32,000 nt of DNA. Source: SAR324 cluster bacterium (GTDB taxonomy: Bacteria; SAR324; NAC60-12). Location of the stretch: positions 796-32,795 of the forward strand of contig JADFZZ010000032.1 of assembly GCA_015232315.1 (NCBI GenBank). Direction: 5' to 3'. Below, in pieces: positions 31,776 to 32,000 of the stretch. The notes below the pieces were generated by a model. It was given only the letters and a program-made list of their open reading frames with translations. It had not been told where the DNA came from and did not search any database. The translations under genes were made by a program, and so were the position numbers. Numbering within the stretch: position 1 is the stretch's first letter; each line of letters opens with the position of its first letter.

Positions 31776-32000
31776 ATCCCGATGTCGAATCACATCCAGC
31801 ATCTGGTCCACTTCTGAAAACTTTTCTCTGGGTTTTCCATGTTGTTCACCCAGAGATTTTTCAGCATCATCCAGAACTTTCCAGTCTGTAAACGTGGCGA
31901 ACTCAATCTTTTTTTGGTTGAGTAGCGATTCCGCAAACCCTCTGTTGGTTTCTTCAGGATGATGCACGGGGTTTTTGAGATCTTCCAATAAATGATGCAC
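31770..32000 (-). CDS. Hypothetical protein, C-terminal fragment (5' end outside window)
   Basis: Open frame running to the window edge, convergent with the STAS gene and overlapping it by 6 nt. No family recognised. Confidence 0.35.
   Translation of the reverse strand: MHHLLEDLKNPVHHPEETNRGFAESLLNQKKIEFATFTDWKVLDDAEKSLGEQHGKPREKFSEVDQMLDVIRHRDS

Noticed and set aside
1-32000. Search for CRISPR arrays, tRNA/rRNA genes, IS elements, integrases, or phage or toxin-antitoxin modules
   Set aside because: I saw no regularly spaced direct repeats, no cloverleaf-like or rRNA-like stretches, and no transposase, integrase or recombinase motifs in any ORF. The window looks like core chromosome rather than a mobile island.

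Overview
Gene-dense chromosomal window from a diderm, flagellated bacterium. I found no rRNA, tRNA, CRISPR array, transposase or integrase. All calls rest on by-eye motif reading; no searches were run.

Gene content, left to right:
- Minus strand, 1-5493: a 3'-truncated DUF21/CBS (CorB/TlyC-like) gene that is missing from the ORF track, a Nudix hydrolase, a flagellin with a near-consensus sigma28 promoter, a pair of REP-like palindromes, and minCDE.
- 5832-7058 (+): a TerB-like protein fused to an S24 (LexA-type) domain in which both catalytic residues are replaced.
- 7081-11022 (-): a thiolase / FabG4-like two-domain reductase / MaoC double-hotdog dehydratase operon.
- 11214-12080 (-): a secreted protein of unknown function.
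- 12347-14055 (+): an operon of three Hsp20 genes plus one small ORF, behind a sigma70 promoter overlapped by a perfect CIRCE (HrcA) operator.
- 14234-21376 (+): the most interesting region, a tightly coupled six-gene operon. It encodes a secreted probable outer-membrane protein, a lipoprotein and a Pro-rich secreted protein (both with C-terminal TPRs), a bitopic protein with a periplasmic FliF/YscJ-like module, one TM helix and a cytoplasmic FliG-like middle/C domain, a MotA-like protein with a periplasmic insertion, and a MotB-like protein. Three consecutive proteins share a ring-building-like module. I read this as a candidate self-contained, envelope-spanning rotor-plus-stator machine. The alternative is a novel flagellar stator scaffold.
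- 21843-27647: an orphan GspG-like pseudopilin, a fused polytopic/spermidine-synthase-like protein (-), and a TMTC-like GT-C/TPR glycosyltransferase.
- 27830-31775 (+): a five-gene operon of GNAT, CheX-like phosphatase, REC-REC-RsbW-like kinase, PlsC-family acyltransferase and STAS antagonist.
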